A stretch of 64,000 bases of DNA, taken from NCBI GenBank assembly GCA_019057385.1, contig JAHQJS010000006.1, forward strand, positions 192,001-256,000. The letters run 5' to 3'. Source of the DNA: Candidatus Borrarchaeum weybense (lineage in GTDB: Archaea; Asgardarchaeota; Sifarchaeia; Borrarchaeales; Borrarchaeaceae). Positions within the stretch are counted from its first letter, which is position 1; each line of letters opens with the position of its first letter. The translations under genes were made by a program, and so were the position numbers. The notes below the pieces were generated by a model, which worked only from the letters and a program-made list of their open reading frames with translations, made no database searches and had not been told where the DNA came from. This document shows, in pieces, positions 1-9,710 of this stretch.

Positions 1-2
1 CC

Positions 3-389
3 GCTGCAAGATTATTAGGCTTAAAGAATAAAGGACATCTTGGAATTGGAGCAGATGCTGATGTCGCTATCTACAATTTCGACCCCGTAGCTAATCCCTC
101 TGAAAATCATGTTGCCATACAAAAGGCATTCTCTAATACAGCATACACAATCAAGGACGGCGAAGTAGTTGCAAAAGATGGAAACATTTTAGCCTCGCCA
201 GAAGGAAGAACTTTTTGGCTAGATATTAAGATCCCAGCAGAACTAGAAAATGCATTGTTACCGGTTTTGGAAGAGAAGTTTCGTAACTATTACACCATTC
301 AACTCAGCAATTACCCCGTAGAACTAGACTATCTACCTCGCTCTACACCGCTCCAAATGGATGTCACTCAAAATTTTAGTTCTAACTAA
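3..389 (+). CDS. fwdA: Formylmethanofuran dehydrogenase subunit A, C-terminal part (5' truncated by window edge)
   Basis: Manual translation of frame 3: AARLLGLKNKGHLGIGADADVAIYNFDP...AYTIKDGEVVAKDG...FRNYYTIQLSNYPV, the typical FwdA/FmdA C-terminus; TAA at 387-389. Confidence 0.85.
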   Translation, partial: AARLLGLKNKGHLGIGADADVAIYNFDPVANPSENHVAIQKAFSNTAYTIKDGEVVAKDGNILASPEGRTFWLDIKIPAELENALLPVLEEKFRNYYTIQLSNYPVELDYLPRSTPLQMDVTQNFSSN

Positions 390-607
390 ACTTACATCTT
401 TTTTTTCAACTTTAAAATGATTTTATAGCGCAGGTTTTTTTCCCCGTGAAATCTTTCAAAGATAAGCCTAATGTCTCTTATCTAGTGTATGCTCAGTTTT
501 CGAAAATAGTCAATATCTTCAAAATCTGAATCATTCACGTTTCTGAGGAAATGGTTTTTAAGGATCGATAATGATGATTCATACAACGAGTCTTGGTGAT
601 GCTATAA

Positions 608-1573
608 ATGCCTTGGATACCTCTTTCAACAGTGAAACCCTTTGAAATAGATAGAGCTACACGCCAACGTCTCTATTTTGGACTTGGTGAATTTCCACCG
701 TTGAACCTTGTCGATCCTAAAGAGGTTGAAAAGTATCTGCGCTGGCATCCAAAACTGGTAAATAACGAGGAAATCATCTCAGTAACGGAAGTCTATGGCT
801 ATTATCCTGACCTCTATGAGCATTGGTCTCGGAATAAAGTCTACCTTATAGACTTTTTAACTGAGGGTATTCCCATTTCCTCTATTGAGGGTGGCGGTTT
901 AGATCTCGTAAAAGAAAATGTAGTTGGAAAAGTTGTAGACCCAGATGCTGGCATTCGAGAGCGGTCTGTGCAAACTAAACTCTACCAGAGTGGGTATCCA
1001 GTGCCTGAACCAAGAGGCTTATCGCTTCCTATGCAAGCAGAAGATGAAGAAATCTTAAAACACGCGAAACCTAAGTCTGTGCTTTGGATGGACTATATAA
1101 ATTCTAAATACACCTTTGAGAAGTATATGCTTCGACTATGCCTCGGAGAGGAAAGGGTAAACAGTTCATTCCAAGATATAAGTGACCTTATTATAGCAAT
1201 GTGGGATCTTGGTATTGCCCATGGTGATCTAAAAGGAGAGCATATTCTTAGAACAAAGAAGGATAACTGGGTAATTATTGACCTTGGAGAAGCGAAGGAT
1301 GATGAATATACAGCCCGTGTTGCCGACTTATATGTCCTCGTCACTGATACAACTGTATTTATCGAGAGACACTTACGATCAAGAAATTTGGATGAAGAAG
1401 CATTTAATCATGCCTTAACTGATTTGGGCGATGCACTAACTTTATTCTTAGAAAATATCAGTACTTCTGTACGACAAAACTTGATGACGGATGTTTGGCG
1501 ACGAATTCGAAAAGAAGCAACAATATTAGGTGATGCTTTTCGGAATATCGTTGTATCTGCCTTTCCGACGTAA
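608..1573 (+). CDS. Atypical Ser/Thr protein kinase-like protein (RIO/Bud32/Kdo-like fold)
   Basis: YPVPEP, LWMDYI hinge, HGDLKGEHI catalytic loop, IIDLGEA (DFG-equivalent); GGTGA SD upstream. Confidence 0.7.
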   Translation: MPWIPLSTVKPFEIDRATRQRLYFGLGEFPPLNLVDPKEVEKYLRWHPKLVNNEEIISVTEVYGYYPDLYEHWSRNKVYLIDFLTEGIPISSIEGGGLDLVKENVVGKVVDPDAGIRERSVQTKLYQSGYPVPEPRGLSLPMQAEDEEILKHAKPKSVLWMDYINSKYTFEKYMLRLCLGEERVNSSFQDISDLIIAMWDLGIAHGDLKGEHILRTKKDNWVIIDLGEAKDDEYTARVADLYVLVTDTTVFIERHLRSRNLDEEAFNHALTDLGDALTLFLENISTSVRQNLMTDVWRRIRKEATILGDAFRNIVVSAFPT

Positions 1574-1737
1574 TTTATTCCAGTAAAGCGATTTTTTGCC
1601 TGTCTACCTTTTCTTTTCATCTTTCTTTGTCGTTTGAGAATCTTCTTTTCTTTAATTACCGGGTTAGATTCACAAGAAATAAGAATAATGAATACGGTGT
1701 CTACTCAGAATCGAACTGAAGGCGAGGATGATTAAGA

Positions 1738-3606
1738 ATGAAAACACTAGTGCTTGGTAATTCGCTGCTAACGGTAACGATTAATGAAAATGCCGACATT
1801 TCAGAAATGTATTTCCCGTATGTAGGACTCTACCAGTTGGTAGATAAGATGTATTTGGGAGTCTGGGAGAAATCAAAAGGTATTAACTGGCTTAAGGACT
1901 CGCACCACTGGGCTGTTTCTCAGTCCTATATAGATGATTCTCAAATTGGAGTAACTCATGCCATTAATAAACATGATATTAGCCTAACGATAAGAGATTT
2001 TGTATATCCTTATCTCCCGATTTTTGTACGAGATATTGTCATTGAGAGTCCCAACAAACGGGAAATTAAACTATTCAGTTATCATGATATACATTTTACA
2101 GGTATGGCGATTCCTGATTCAGCAGTTTATGATGAAAAGATTAAAAGCATCGTACATTACGAACTTTCAAATTATGTTCTAATTGGAAGTATCCCACACT
2201 TTACACAACTGGCATGTGGTCGTGCAGATTTTAAAGATTTGCGTGGGACTTTTGTAGACGCTGAGGATGGTAATCTATCAGGCTGCCCTGCCTCACATGG
2301 ACCAGTAGATTCAGCGTTAGGGATTAATGTGAGTTTGGATCCACAAAAAAATCCATTTTCGCGGGTTTCATTGTTCTTTTGTGCTGGACAAGGATATCAT
2401 GAGGCGAACAAAGCTCGAAAAGTTGTGCTCTATAAAACAATTGATAAGTTATATGATGAGACCTTCATCTTTTGGAATCGATGGCTAAAGAATGCAAGAG
2501 ATTCAGCAAATGCCGAAAATGTAACTGACAAACGCCTTAAGAAAATTTTTAACATTTCGGCTATAATCACGGCTCTAATGTCTGATCACAAAACAGGTTC
2601 GATCATTGCCTCGCCAGATGCAGATATAGTTCGACATGGAGGAGATTCTTACCTTTACTGTTGGCCGAGGGACGCCGCCTTTGTTGTTAAGGGATATGAT
2701 TCAATCGAAAAGTTCTCGTTATCTCGCAAATTCTTCGATTTTGCAATCAATACTATTGGAAGTGGTAACTATTTTCTTCATAGATATTGTCCAGAAGGCT
2801 CATTTGGACCAACATGGCACGAACATCCCTTCATTCAGATCGATCAGACTGGAGCAGTTCTATTTGCGCTTGATAGTCATTGTAGATCATTGCCGGATCT
2901 AGAGTATCTAAGAAACCATAAATTGTGGGAAATGATAAAAGACGCAACAGAATTTCTAATGAAATGGAGAGACGAAGAAACCAAACTGCCGAAGCCTATA
3001 AGCTATGATCTTTGGGAGGAAAGAAAGGGAATCTTCACTTATTCGTCTTCTGCTGTTTATGGCGGGCTCTTAGGAGCATCTAGAATCGCCCACAATCTCG
3101 GAAAACTGGGTTTTTCAAAACGTTGGCATGAAGGGGCAGAGGAGATAAAAGAGGCGATCCAGAGATTCCTATGGAATCCAAATACCCAGAGATTTAGAAG
3201 ATCAATAAAACCAGAAGACGATACTATCGATTCATCGTTATTTGGCATTTGGTTTTTTGATGTCCTTCCACCTTCAGATGAACGTGTGCGTTCTACCATG
3301 AAAGCAATAGAAGATCATCTTTTGAAAGAACGTGGAGTTTTCAGATATCAAGGTGATAATTATCAAGGTTATGAAAATCCTTGGATTATCTGCACACTAT
3401 TTCTTGCGGAATATTATCTCTGGATTAATGAGACCAAAAAAGCTATTAGATTATTTCATCTAGTTGCAGACAATGCTTTAGAGACCTATCTACTTCCAGA
3501 ACAAGTTGATTCTAATGGAAATCCATTAAGTGTTGTGCCATTAACATGGTCACATGCGCAGTATTTAATTGCTTTTAAGCAGTTAGCAAAGAAATTAGCT
3601 AAATAA
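1738..3606 (+). CDS. Glycoside hydrolase family 15 (glucoamylase/trehalase-like)
   Basis: YCWPRDAA, QIDQTG, YDLWEE, LPEQV and PLTWSHA GH15 motifs. Confidence 0.9.
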   Translation: MKTLVLGNSLLTVTINENADISEMYFPYVGLYQLVDKMYLGVWEKSKGINWLKDSHHWAVSQSYIDDSQIGVTHAINKHDISLTIRDFVYPYLPIFVRDIVIESPNKREIKLFSYHDIHFTGMAIPDSAVYDEKIKSIVHYELSNYVLIGSIPHFTQLACGRADFKDLRGTFVDAEDGNLSGCPASHGPVDSALGINVSLDPQKNPFSRVSLFFCAGQGYHEANKARKVVLYKTIDKLYDETFIFWNRWLKNARDSANAENVTDKRLKKIFNISAIITALMSDHKTGSIIASPDADIVRHGGDSYLYCWPRDAAFVVKGYDSIEKFSLSRKFFDFAINTIGSGNYFLHRYCPEGSFGPTWHEHPFIQIDQTGAVLFALDSHCRSLPDLEYLRNHKLWEMIKDATEFLMKWRDEETKLPKPISYDLWEERKGIFTYSSSAVYGGLLGASRIAHNLGKLGFSKRWHEGAEEIKEAIQRFLWNPNTQRFRRSIKPEDDTIDSSLFGIWFFDVLPPSDERVRSTMKAIEDHLLKERGVFRYQGDNYQGYENPWIICTLFLAEYYLWINETKKAIRLFHLVADNALETYLLPEQVDSNGNPLSVVPLTWSHAQYLIAFKQLAKKLAK

Positions 3607-3611
3607 AAAAA

Positions 3612-3639
3612 GAATGAACTCTCAAAGAGAGAATTCATC
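3612..3639. terminator. Hairpin between convergent genes, possible terminator
   Basis: ATGAA-CTCTC-AAA-GAGAG-AATTCAT imperfect inverted repeat with an A-run on the left, between the stops of the GH15 gene and the 451-aa ORF. Confidence 0.4.
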
Positions 3640-4995
3640 TTAAGCTTTAACTTTTCGTATCAAATATCTTTGGATAAACTTGTAAAAGAAGAAGCTTGCA
3701 GGTGACGCAAATACGCGAAAGATCTTTTGGCCGAGCGGAGCCTTTTCTGGGTATGCCCAATCCCATAAAGTTTTGTTGAAAAGCGTGTCAATTGCACTTG
3801 GAACGGCTATTTTTGCCCAGACACTTAGATCTGCAAATTTATTAATAGCATCCAAATTGAAATACTTGTCTTGATTCTCAAAACTCATCTTTTTCAAAAG
3901 GTCAATTCGTCTTTCAATTCTAGCAATGTATAATTCTAATTGCTCAATTGTTTGTATGTAATCATCATCAGTAAAAACAACTTGTGTTAGTTCTTCTTTT
4001 CTATATTCGCTTAATTCATTATCTTGCAGAAAAATAGGTGTCCGCCAAAGGATACTCTCAAATTTATTCAACTGCAAATACTTATTCCAAACTGTAGTGC
4101 GTTTAAACTTTTTTGCTATCCAATTCCTAAAGAAATAATAATTTTTCTTAAGTTTATACTTGAAATTTCCAATTTCTTTTATTCTCTCCTTCAATCTCCG
4201 GTCAAGGTCAAATATCTGATTCATGTATCTATCTAGGTCTATATCTAAGCCCTTTAACTCATCTGATTCCAAAAAGTAGAATTCGTAATAGCGTTTAGCA
4301 TCAAAGGGAGAATGTGGTCTTAATATCCCAGTTAATCGTCGAAAGAATCTTGCTAAGCCGTCTACGAACAGGTGTATAAAAGTAGACGAGTTGACTATCT
4401 TTGAATATACCTTTTCGAAATGGACACGAGTTGTTAACTCTTCGGGCTTTAATAGTCCCATGGCATGATCTCCTGGTTGGAGAAAAACTTCGCATCCTTT
4501 TACGGCATCTTTTAATGTTTTATGTTTTCCAAGATCGTCTTTCATCAACACTGGAAAGCCGTGCGCGGCGGTATTAAGAAAATAATAGTCTTTTAGACCG
4601 CCTGCTGCTGGAAAAACTTGGAATATTACTCTCTCAAGGTCGCCTGGGTGATCTGCATCTACAACACCTTGTATAGATATGCCTTTTGAGAAAGCGAGAA
4701 ATGTGTACATTACATATCTTTCTTCGACCTTAAGTCCAGGTAATTTTAGGAGAAATCCTATCATTTCTGAAAGGCCCTTAGCTTTCGCCCATTCATGCGT
4801 CATTATTAGATATTTTTGTCGTTCAAGATCGGATTGGATAAATTTGAAAAGGCTAAGTGTGTCACGTTCTTCCACGAGTTTTTCTAGTTGTTTGTACATA
4901 TCATCGTAGGTCGTTTCGTATTTCTCAACGACTGTATCCCTGCTTTTCTCTTCATATCTTAGTTCTCTCTCTGTGATTGCTACTTTCATCTTCAA
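3640..4995 (-). CDS. Hypothetical protein (451 aa, no family recognised)
   Basis: Long ORF with GGTGA SD before the TTG/ATG start; divergent from cdhC. Confidence 0.75.
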   Translation of the reverse strand: MKMKVAITERELRYEEKSRDTVVEKYETTYDDMYKQLEKLVEERDTLSLFKFIQSDLERQKYLIMTHEWAKAKGLSEMIGFLLKLPGLKVEERYVMYTFLAFSKGISIQGVVDADHPGDLERVIFQVFPAAGGLKDYYFLNTAAHGFPVLMKDDLGKHKTLKDAVKGCEVFLQPGDHAMGLLKPEELTTRVHFEKVYSKIVNSSTFIHLFVDGLARFFRRLTGILRPHSPFDAKRYYEFYFLESDELKGLDIDLDRYMNQIFDLDRRLKERIKEIGNFKYKLKKNYYFFRNWIAKKFKRTTVWNKYLQLNKFESILWRTPIFLQDNELSEYRKEELTQVVFTDDDYIQTIEQLELYIARIERRIDLLKKMSFENQDKYFNLDAINKFADLSVWAKIAVPSAIDTLFNKTLWDWAYPEKAPLGQKIFRVFASPASFFFYKFIQRYLIRKVKA

Positions 4996-5237
4996 TTTGT
5001 TTCTTCACCTTTGTACGAACTTATCTTTCTCGTAATGAAAATATGTTCCTTCTAAATAGAACTCAATTAATTATCTATATACTATATTCATCAAGTAATA
5101 AGAACTTACCATATAACCTTAACTTACTTTAATATCGCGTTATTTTACAGCTATATAGCCCATTCATAGTAATTAAATGCTTTTGTGATTTTGAGCGTTT
5201 TTATTGCGTTACTCGATTTAAAATCCTCAAGATGTGC

Positions 5238-5262
5238 CACTTTAAACTGCCAGTTTAAAGTG
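5238..5262. promoter_or_regulatory. Perfect 12-1-12 palindrome, candidate operator in the cdhCDE divergent promoter region
   Basis: CACTTTAAACTG-C-CAGTTTAAAGTG. Confidence 0.55.
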
Positions 5263-5407
5263 ATAGTTTGTGATCGTTTTAAAAGAATTATTCTAAAAGG
5301 TAATCCTTTTAAAAACATGGTAACTATGCAAATCCGTTGATGCTATCAACCACAAAATACATGTATCAAACTAATATAGCATATGGAAGATAAAAATTAT
5401 TTTCTCG

Positions 5408-5438
5408 ACTTCTGCTCCCATGCGTAGGAGTCAGAAGT
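5408..5438 (+). promoter_or_regulatory. Stable hairpin in the putative cdhC 5' leader
   Basis: ACTTCTGCTCC...GGAG(T)CAGAAGT, 11-bp stem with a 1-nt bulge, 34 nt upstream of the ATG. Confidence 0.45.
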
Positions 5439-5472
5439 TTCCTATTATTAGAGAATCAGAAGAGGTGTAAAA

Positions 5473-6960
5473 ATGAGTTTTGAGGATATGCCCGTTGAGG
5501 TGGGCGTCATCTATGAGGGTGAGCGCGTTCGCAAGGCGCAGATGCTTGTTGAGTTCGGAGGACCGAAGATTGAGCACAAGTACGAACTGTGCCGGGCAAA
5601 AAAGATGGATGAAATAGAGGACATGAAAGTAATCATAGAAGGACCAGATATTTCGGAATTGGAAGAAGGAAAAAGTTATCCCTTTGGAATGGTCATAGAA
5701 GTTGCAGGAGAGCAAGTCGAAGAAGAACTTGAGGGTGTCATTGAACGGCGTATGCACGAATTTTGCAACTATATCCAGGGTTTTATGCATCTAAATCAGC
5801 GTTATGACATTTGGTGTCGTGTATCAAAAGATGCGTTCAAAAAGGGTTTGAATTCTTTCCAGTACATTGGTACAATTCTGATGCGACTTTACAAAGCAGA
5901 ACTATCTATCATTGAGAAATGTCAGATGCGATTTATTACCGATCCGAAGAAAGCAGAGCAGGGCTATGAAGAGGCATTGCAGATCTATGAAGCACGAGAC
6001 GCAAGAGCTAGAGCACTCAGCGATGATGACGTTGAAGAATTCTATGGATGCGTTCTCTGTCAATCTTTTGCACCTAGCCATTGTTGTGTCATCACTCCAC
6101 AAAGAATGGCGTTATGTGGAGCTATTTCATGGTTTGATGCCCGTGCATCTGCAAGAATCGATCCTAAAGGTCCAAACTTCAAAATTGAAAAAGGAGAATG
6201 TCTTGATCCGATCAAAGGTGAATATACTGGGGCAAATGAGGCAGTGAAAGAAAAGTCGCTCGGAGAGGTAGAGCGAGTCTATTTGCATACAATCTTCGAA
6301 TATCCTCACACGAGTTGCGGCTGTTTCGAAGCTATCGCGTTCTACATCCCAGAAGTCGATGGAATCGCACTTGCTCACAGAGATTTTCGTGGACCAACCG
6401 TCAACGGTTTAGCCTTTTCAACAATGGCGACATCTGTTGGTGGAGGTCTCCAGACTGAAGGTTTTCTTGGAATCTCTATTGAATACATGCGGTCACCTAA
6501 GTTTCTCCAAGCAGATGGAGGATGGTCGCGTGTTGTATGGGCGCCCGCAGACATAAAAGAGCGTGTAAAGGACGGAATACCAGAAGAACTCTTTGACAAA
6601 GTAGCAACAGAAAATGATGCAATGGCCGTAGAAGACCTAGAAGCATTTTTGAAAGAGAAACAGCACCCAGTAGTTGAAAAATGGGTTGAAGAAGCAATCG
6701 AAGAAGCGCCAGAAATACCGGCAGAAGCAGCAGCACCAACTCCTGAGATGCAATATAAAATGCCTCAGCCGATGCAAGTTCCTCAGATGAACGTGCCGAT
6801 CACAGCAATGCCTGGAATGGGTGGCATCCAACTTCAAGGATTTATCTCTCTCCCAGGATTAGTTCCACCAGGCGGCGGCGAAGATAAAATCACCTTAGTC
6901 TTGAAAGGCGTCAAGATTTTTGCAGAGAAAGCGTATATTAAACGAGAAAAGAAGGGATGA
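5473..6960 (+). CDS. cdhC: CO dehydrogenase/acetyl-CoA synthase complex subunit beta (acetyl-CoA synthase)
   Basis: YEGERVRK, FYGCVLCQSFAP, HTSCGCFE A-cluster cysteines; Pro/Met/Gln-rich linker and short C-terminal domain. Confidence 0.95.
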   Translation: MSFEDMPVEVGVIYEGERVRKAQMLVEFGGPKIEHKYELCRAKKMDEIEDMKVIIEGPDISELEEGKSYPFGMVIEVAGEQVEEELEGVIERRMHEFCNYIQGFMHLNQRYDIWCRVSKDAFKKGLNSFQYIGTILMRLYKAELSIIEKCQMRFITDPKKAEQGYEEALQIYEARDARARALSDDDVEEFYGCVLCQSFAPSHCCVITPQRMALCGAISWFDARASARIDPKGPNFKIEKGECLDPIKGEYTGANEAVKEKSLGEVERVYLHTIFEYPHTSCGCFEAIAFYIPEVDGIALAHRDFRGPTVNGLAFSTMATSVGGGLQTEGFLGISIEYMRSPKFLQADGGWSRVVWAPADIKERVKDGIPEELFDKVATENDAMAVEDLEAFLKEKQHPVVEKWVEEAIEEAPEIPAEAAAPTPEMQYKMPQPMQVPQMNVPITAMPGMGGIQLQGFISLPGLVPPGGGEDKITLVLKGVKIFAEKAYIKREKKG

Positions 6961-6964
6961 TAAA

Positions 6965-8203
6965 ATGGCAAGCACATCGTTAGAAGAACTACTCGCACTT
7001 CTAGGTAAAGTTGAAGAGATTGAACTGGAAAACGTTAAACTTGAGGCAGATGAGTTAATTCTATCGCTTGCAACGCGTATGCTTCTCCCTTCGGCAACGA
7101 AATCTCCCGTACAAATGCCTATAGTACCTCAGCAGGCTATGCTTAAACCAGAACTTGAAAAACCTAGATTGCCAGAATTTCAGGAGATAGAGTTTGAGCC
7201 TCCTGCTATAGAGTATCCCGGGGAGGTTGTTGAGGTTCAAATTGGTGCAACAAAATCAGAAGGTGGCACCCGCGACTATTCAGTAAAACTTGGCGGACAA
7301 AACATCATGCCCTTCTATAAATGGTTACGCGAAACACCTAATCCTCCCGTCGTTAGCTTAGACGTGTTCGATATGCCTATCACACTCGCTAAGGCTGTTC
7401 GCACGCATATAGATGACGTCATAGAAGATCCTGGGGAATGGGCAAAAAGATGCGTTGATAAGTTCAACGCTGATATGGTTACAATACATTTGATATCAAC
7501 AGATCCTTATCTACAGGACACATCTGCAAAAGATGCTGCAAAAACAGTCGAAGAGGTACTTCAGGCTGTGAAGTGTCCAATAATTATTGGAGGATCTGGA
7601 AATAAAGATAAAGATCCAGAAGTATTAACAAGGGCGGCAGAAGTTGCAGATGGAGAAGCAGTATTACTTAATTCAGCTGATATGCATATCTATAAACCCG
7701 TTGTAGATGCTGCAAAGAAATATGGTCATGTCGTGCTTAGTTGGACGCAGATGGAAATAAACGATCAGAGAAAACTTAATACACTAATAATGGAGGAAGG
7801 ATTTCCTAGAGAAAGAATGATTATCGACCCAACAACCGCATCATTGGGATACGGTTTGGAGTATACCTACTCGATCATGGAGCGAGTAAAACTTGCGGCA
7901 CTTAAAGGTGATGAGATACTTCAGATGCCCATATCTTCTGGAACTACAAATGCATGGGGTGCTCGAGAAGCGTGGTTAAGTGACAAAAAATGCGCGCAGT
8001 TCGGCTTGCCATGGGGCTCACGGGATTTGAGAGGACCACTATGGGAGACATTGAGTGCTATGTCCGTGATGCTGGCGGGAGCTGACCTGCTAATGATGAT
8101 GCATCCAGGTGCAGTTGCAGGGTTCAAGGAACTCGTGAAAGCATTCTTAGATACAACAGAGAGGGATTTGCCGCCAATCGGCGAATGGATAACAATGAAA
8201 TGA
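6965..8203 (+). CDS. cdhD: Corrinoid iron-sulfur protein small subunit (ACDS delta)
   Basis: IGATKSEGGTR, DPTTASLGYGLEY, NAWGAREAW, MMHP motifs; probable start ATG at 6965. Confidence 0.95.
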   Translation: MASTSLEELLALLGKVEEIELENVKLEADELILSLATRMLLPSATKSPVQMPIVPQQAMLKPELEKPRLPEFQEIEFEPPAIEYPGEVVEVQIGATKSEGGTRDYSVKLGGQNIMPFYKWLRETPNPPVVSLDVFDMPITLAKAVRTHIDDVIEDPGEWAKRCVDKFNADMVTIHLISTDPYLQDTSAKDAAKTVEEVLQAVKCPIIIGGSGNKDKDPEVLTRAAEVADGEAVLLNSADMHIYKPVVDAAKKYGHVVLSWTQMEINDQRKLNTLIMEEGFPRERMIIDPTTASLGYGLEYTYSIMERVKLAALKGDEILQMPISSGTTNAWGAREAWLSDKKCAQFGLPWGSRDLRGPLWETLSAMSVMLAGADLLMMMHPGAVAGFKELVKAFLDTTERDLPPIGEWITMK

Positions 8204-8218
8204 AGTGAGGGATGAAGA

Positions 8219-9631
8219 ATGAGCAAGAGATTAAAACCGCTGGATATTTTCAAATACCTTCCAAAAACGAATTGCAAAATTTGTGGCGAAGAGACGTGCA
8301 TGGCATTTGCCATGAAACTCATCGAACGCGGAGTAGAATTAAAAGATTGCACACCACTATTCGAAGAGCCAAATTATCAAGAAAATAAGGATACTTTGAT
8401 AGCAATACTTCGACCTCCAGTTCAACCTGTTAGAATCGGTACTGGTGAGAAGTCAGTTATTATTGGAGGAGAAGAGGTCGTATATCGTCATCAATTAACA
8501 TTTTACAACGAAACAAAATTCTTTGTAGATGTTCATGACGAAATGGAGAATAAAGAACTGACTGAGCGTGTGAAATTTGTTGATGAATATAAATTGTTTA
8601 GAATTGGTGAATATCTGAACCTCAATGGGATCGCAGTACGCTCCGTTTCAAAAGATCCTACTAAATTTGCAAATGCTATCAAAGAGGTACTCAAACTAAC
8701 AAAGATGCCTATTATGTTGTGCAGTTTTGACCCTAAAGTAATGAAAGCAGGTTTAGAAGCTGCAAAGGACAGACTTCCTCTTATATACGCCGCCACATTA
8801 GCAAATTGGAAAGACATGGCACAATTAGCACGTGAATATAATTGTCCCCTAGCAGTCTTTTCTACCGATCTAACCATGTTACAGTCCGTAGTAGTCGCAC
8901 TTCGCAAAACTGGACTTGATGATCTCGTACTTGACCCTGGTACTTACGGTGGCGAGAATATAGGTCGTACGTTAAATAATTTCACTATGCTTAGAGTGGC
9001 AGCGATTCAAGCTAGTAACGAAAACGTTGGACATCCATTAATAGCAGTCCCAGCTACAGTGTACTTAGAAGCCGATAAAGGTGTTGAAACAGCATGGAAT
9101 GAAACGATTGTAGGAGCAATGTTAATTAATAGATTCGCAAGCTTGATGGTTATTCATAATATTGAACTTTGGTCTCACCTAGCACTTCAAACCCTAAGAC
9201 AATCTATCTATCAAGACCCACGAATACATCCTTCAGTAGAACCTGGTCTAACTGTAATTGGTAACCCCGATGAAAACAGTCCTGTTTTCTTGACGACGAA
9301 CTTTGCGCTTACTTTCTACACAGTAAAATCAGATCTTGAGCAGGCTAAGATAGATAGTTGGTTGTTAGCGGTAGATACTGAAGGGATTGGTGTTGAGAGT
9401 GCGGTGGCAGGCGGACAACTCAGTGCAGAAAAGGTAGCTGACCTATTTAAAGACACGGGTATCGAGGACAAAGTCAAACACAGAAAAGTTATCATTCCAG
9501 GAATGGCTTCGCGAATTAGCGGAGAAACTGAAGATGCTACAGGAGGCTGGACGGTTTTAGTAGGACCGCGTGATTCCAGTGGTATTCAGAAGTTTTTGAA
9601 GGAAAAATGGACCGCTGAAGCTACCGCCTAA
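8219..9631 (+). CDS. cdhE: Corrinoid iron-sulfur protein large subunit (ACDS gamma)
   Basis: LPKTNCKICGEETCMAFA Fe-S motif, TTNFALT, VGPRDSS. Confidence 0.95.
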   Translation: MSKRLKPLDIFKYLPKTNCKICGEETCMAFAMKLIERGVELKDCTPLFEEPNYQENKDTLIAILRPPVQPVRIGTGEKSVIIGGEEVVYRHQLTFYNETKFFVDVHDEMENKELTERVKFVDEYKLFRIGEYLNLNGIAVRSVSKDPTKFANAIKEVLKLTKMPIMLCSFDPKVMKAGLEAAKDRLPLIYAATLANWKDMAQLAREYNCPLAVFSTDLTMLQSVVVALRKTGLDDLVLDPGTYGGENIGRTLNNFTMLRVAAIQASNENVGHPLIAVPATVYLEADKGVETAWNETIVGAMLINRFASLMVIHNIELWSHLALQTLRQSIYQDPRIHPSVEPGLTVIGNPDENSPVFLTTNFALTFYTVKSDLEQAKIDSWLLAVDTEGIGVESAVAGGQLSAEKVADLFKDTGIEDKVKHRKVIIPGMASRISGETEDATGGWTVLVGPRDSSGIQKFLKEKWTAEATA

Positions 9632-9656
9632 TTTCTTTTCTCTTTTCTTTTTTTAT

Positions 9657-9704
9657 AGGAAACGGCACAAGAAAGCCTCACAGCTTGAGCCTGAGGTAGT
9701 TCAC
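9657..9704 (+). mobile_element. 48-bp IS200/IS605-type mini-element (single hairpin, PATE/REP-like)
   Basis: Preceded by TTTAT (9652-9656); ...CACAAGAAAG, imperfect hairpin CCTCA-CA-GCT-TG-AGC-C-TGAGG, then TAGTTCAC end; same target and terminal motifs as the 17278-17456 element. Confidence 0.6.
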
Positions 9705-9710
9705 TTTGCT

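Noticed and set aside
1637-1672. GAATCTTC...GGGTTAGATTCAC, a weak IS605 right-end look-alike
   Set aside because: No convincing hairpin; lies in a T-rich terminator-like tract
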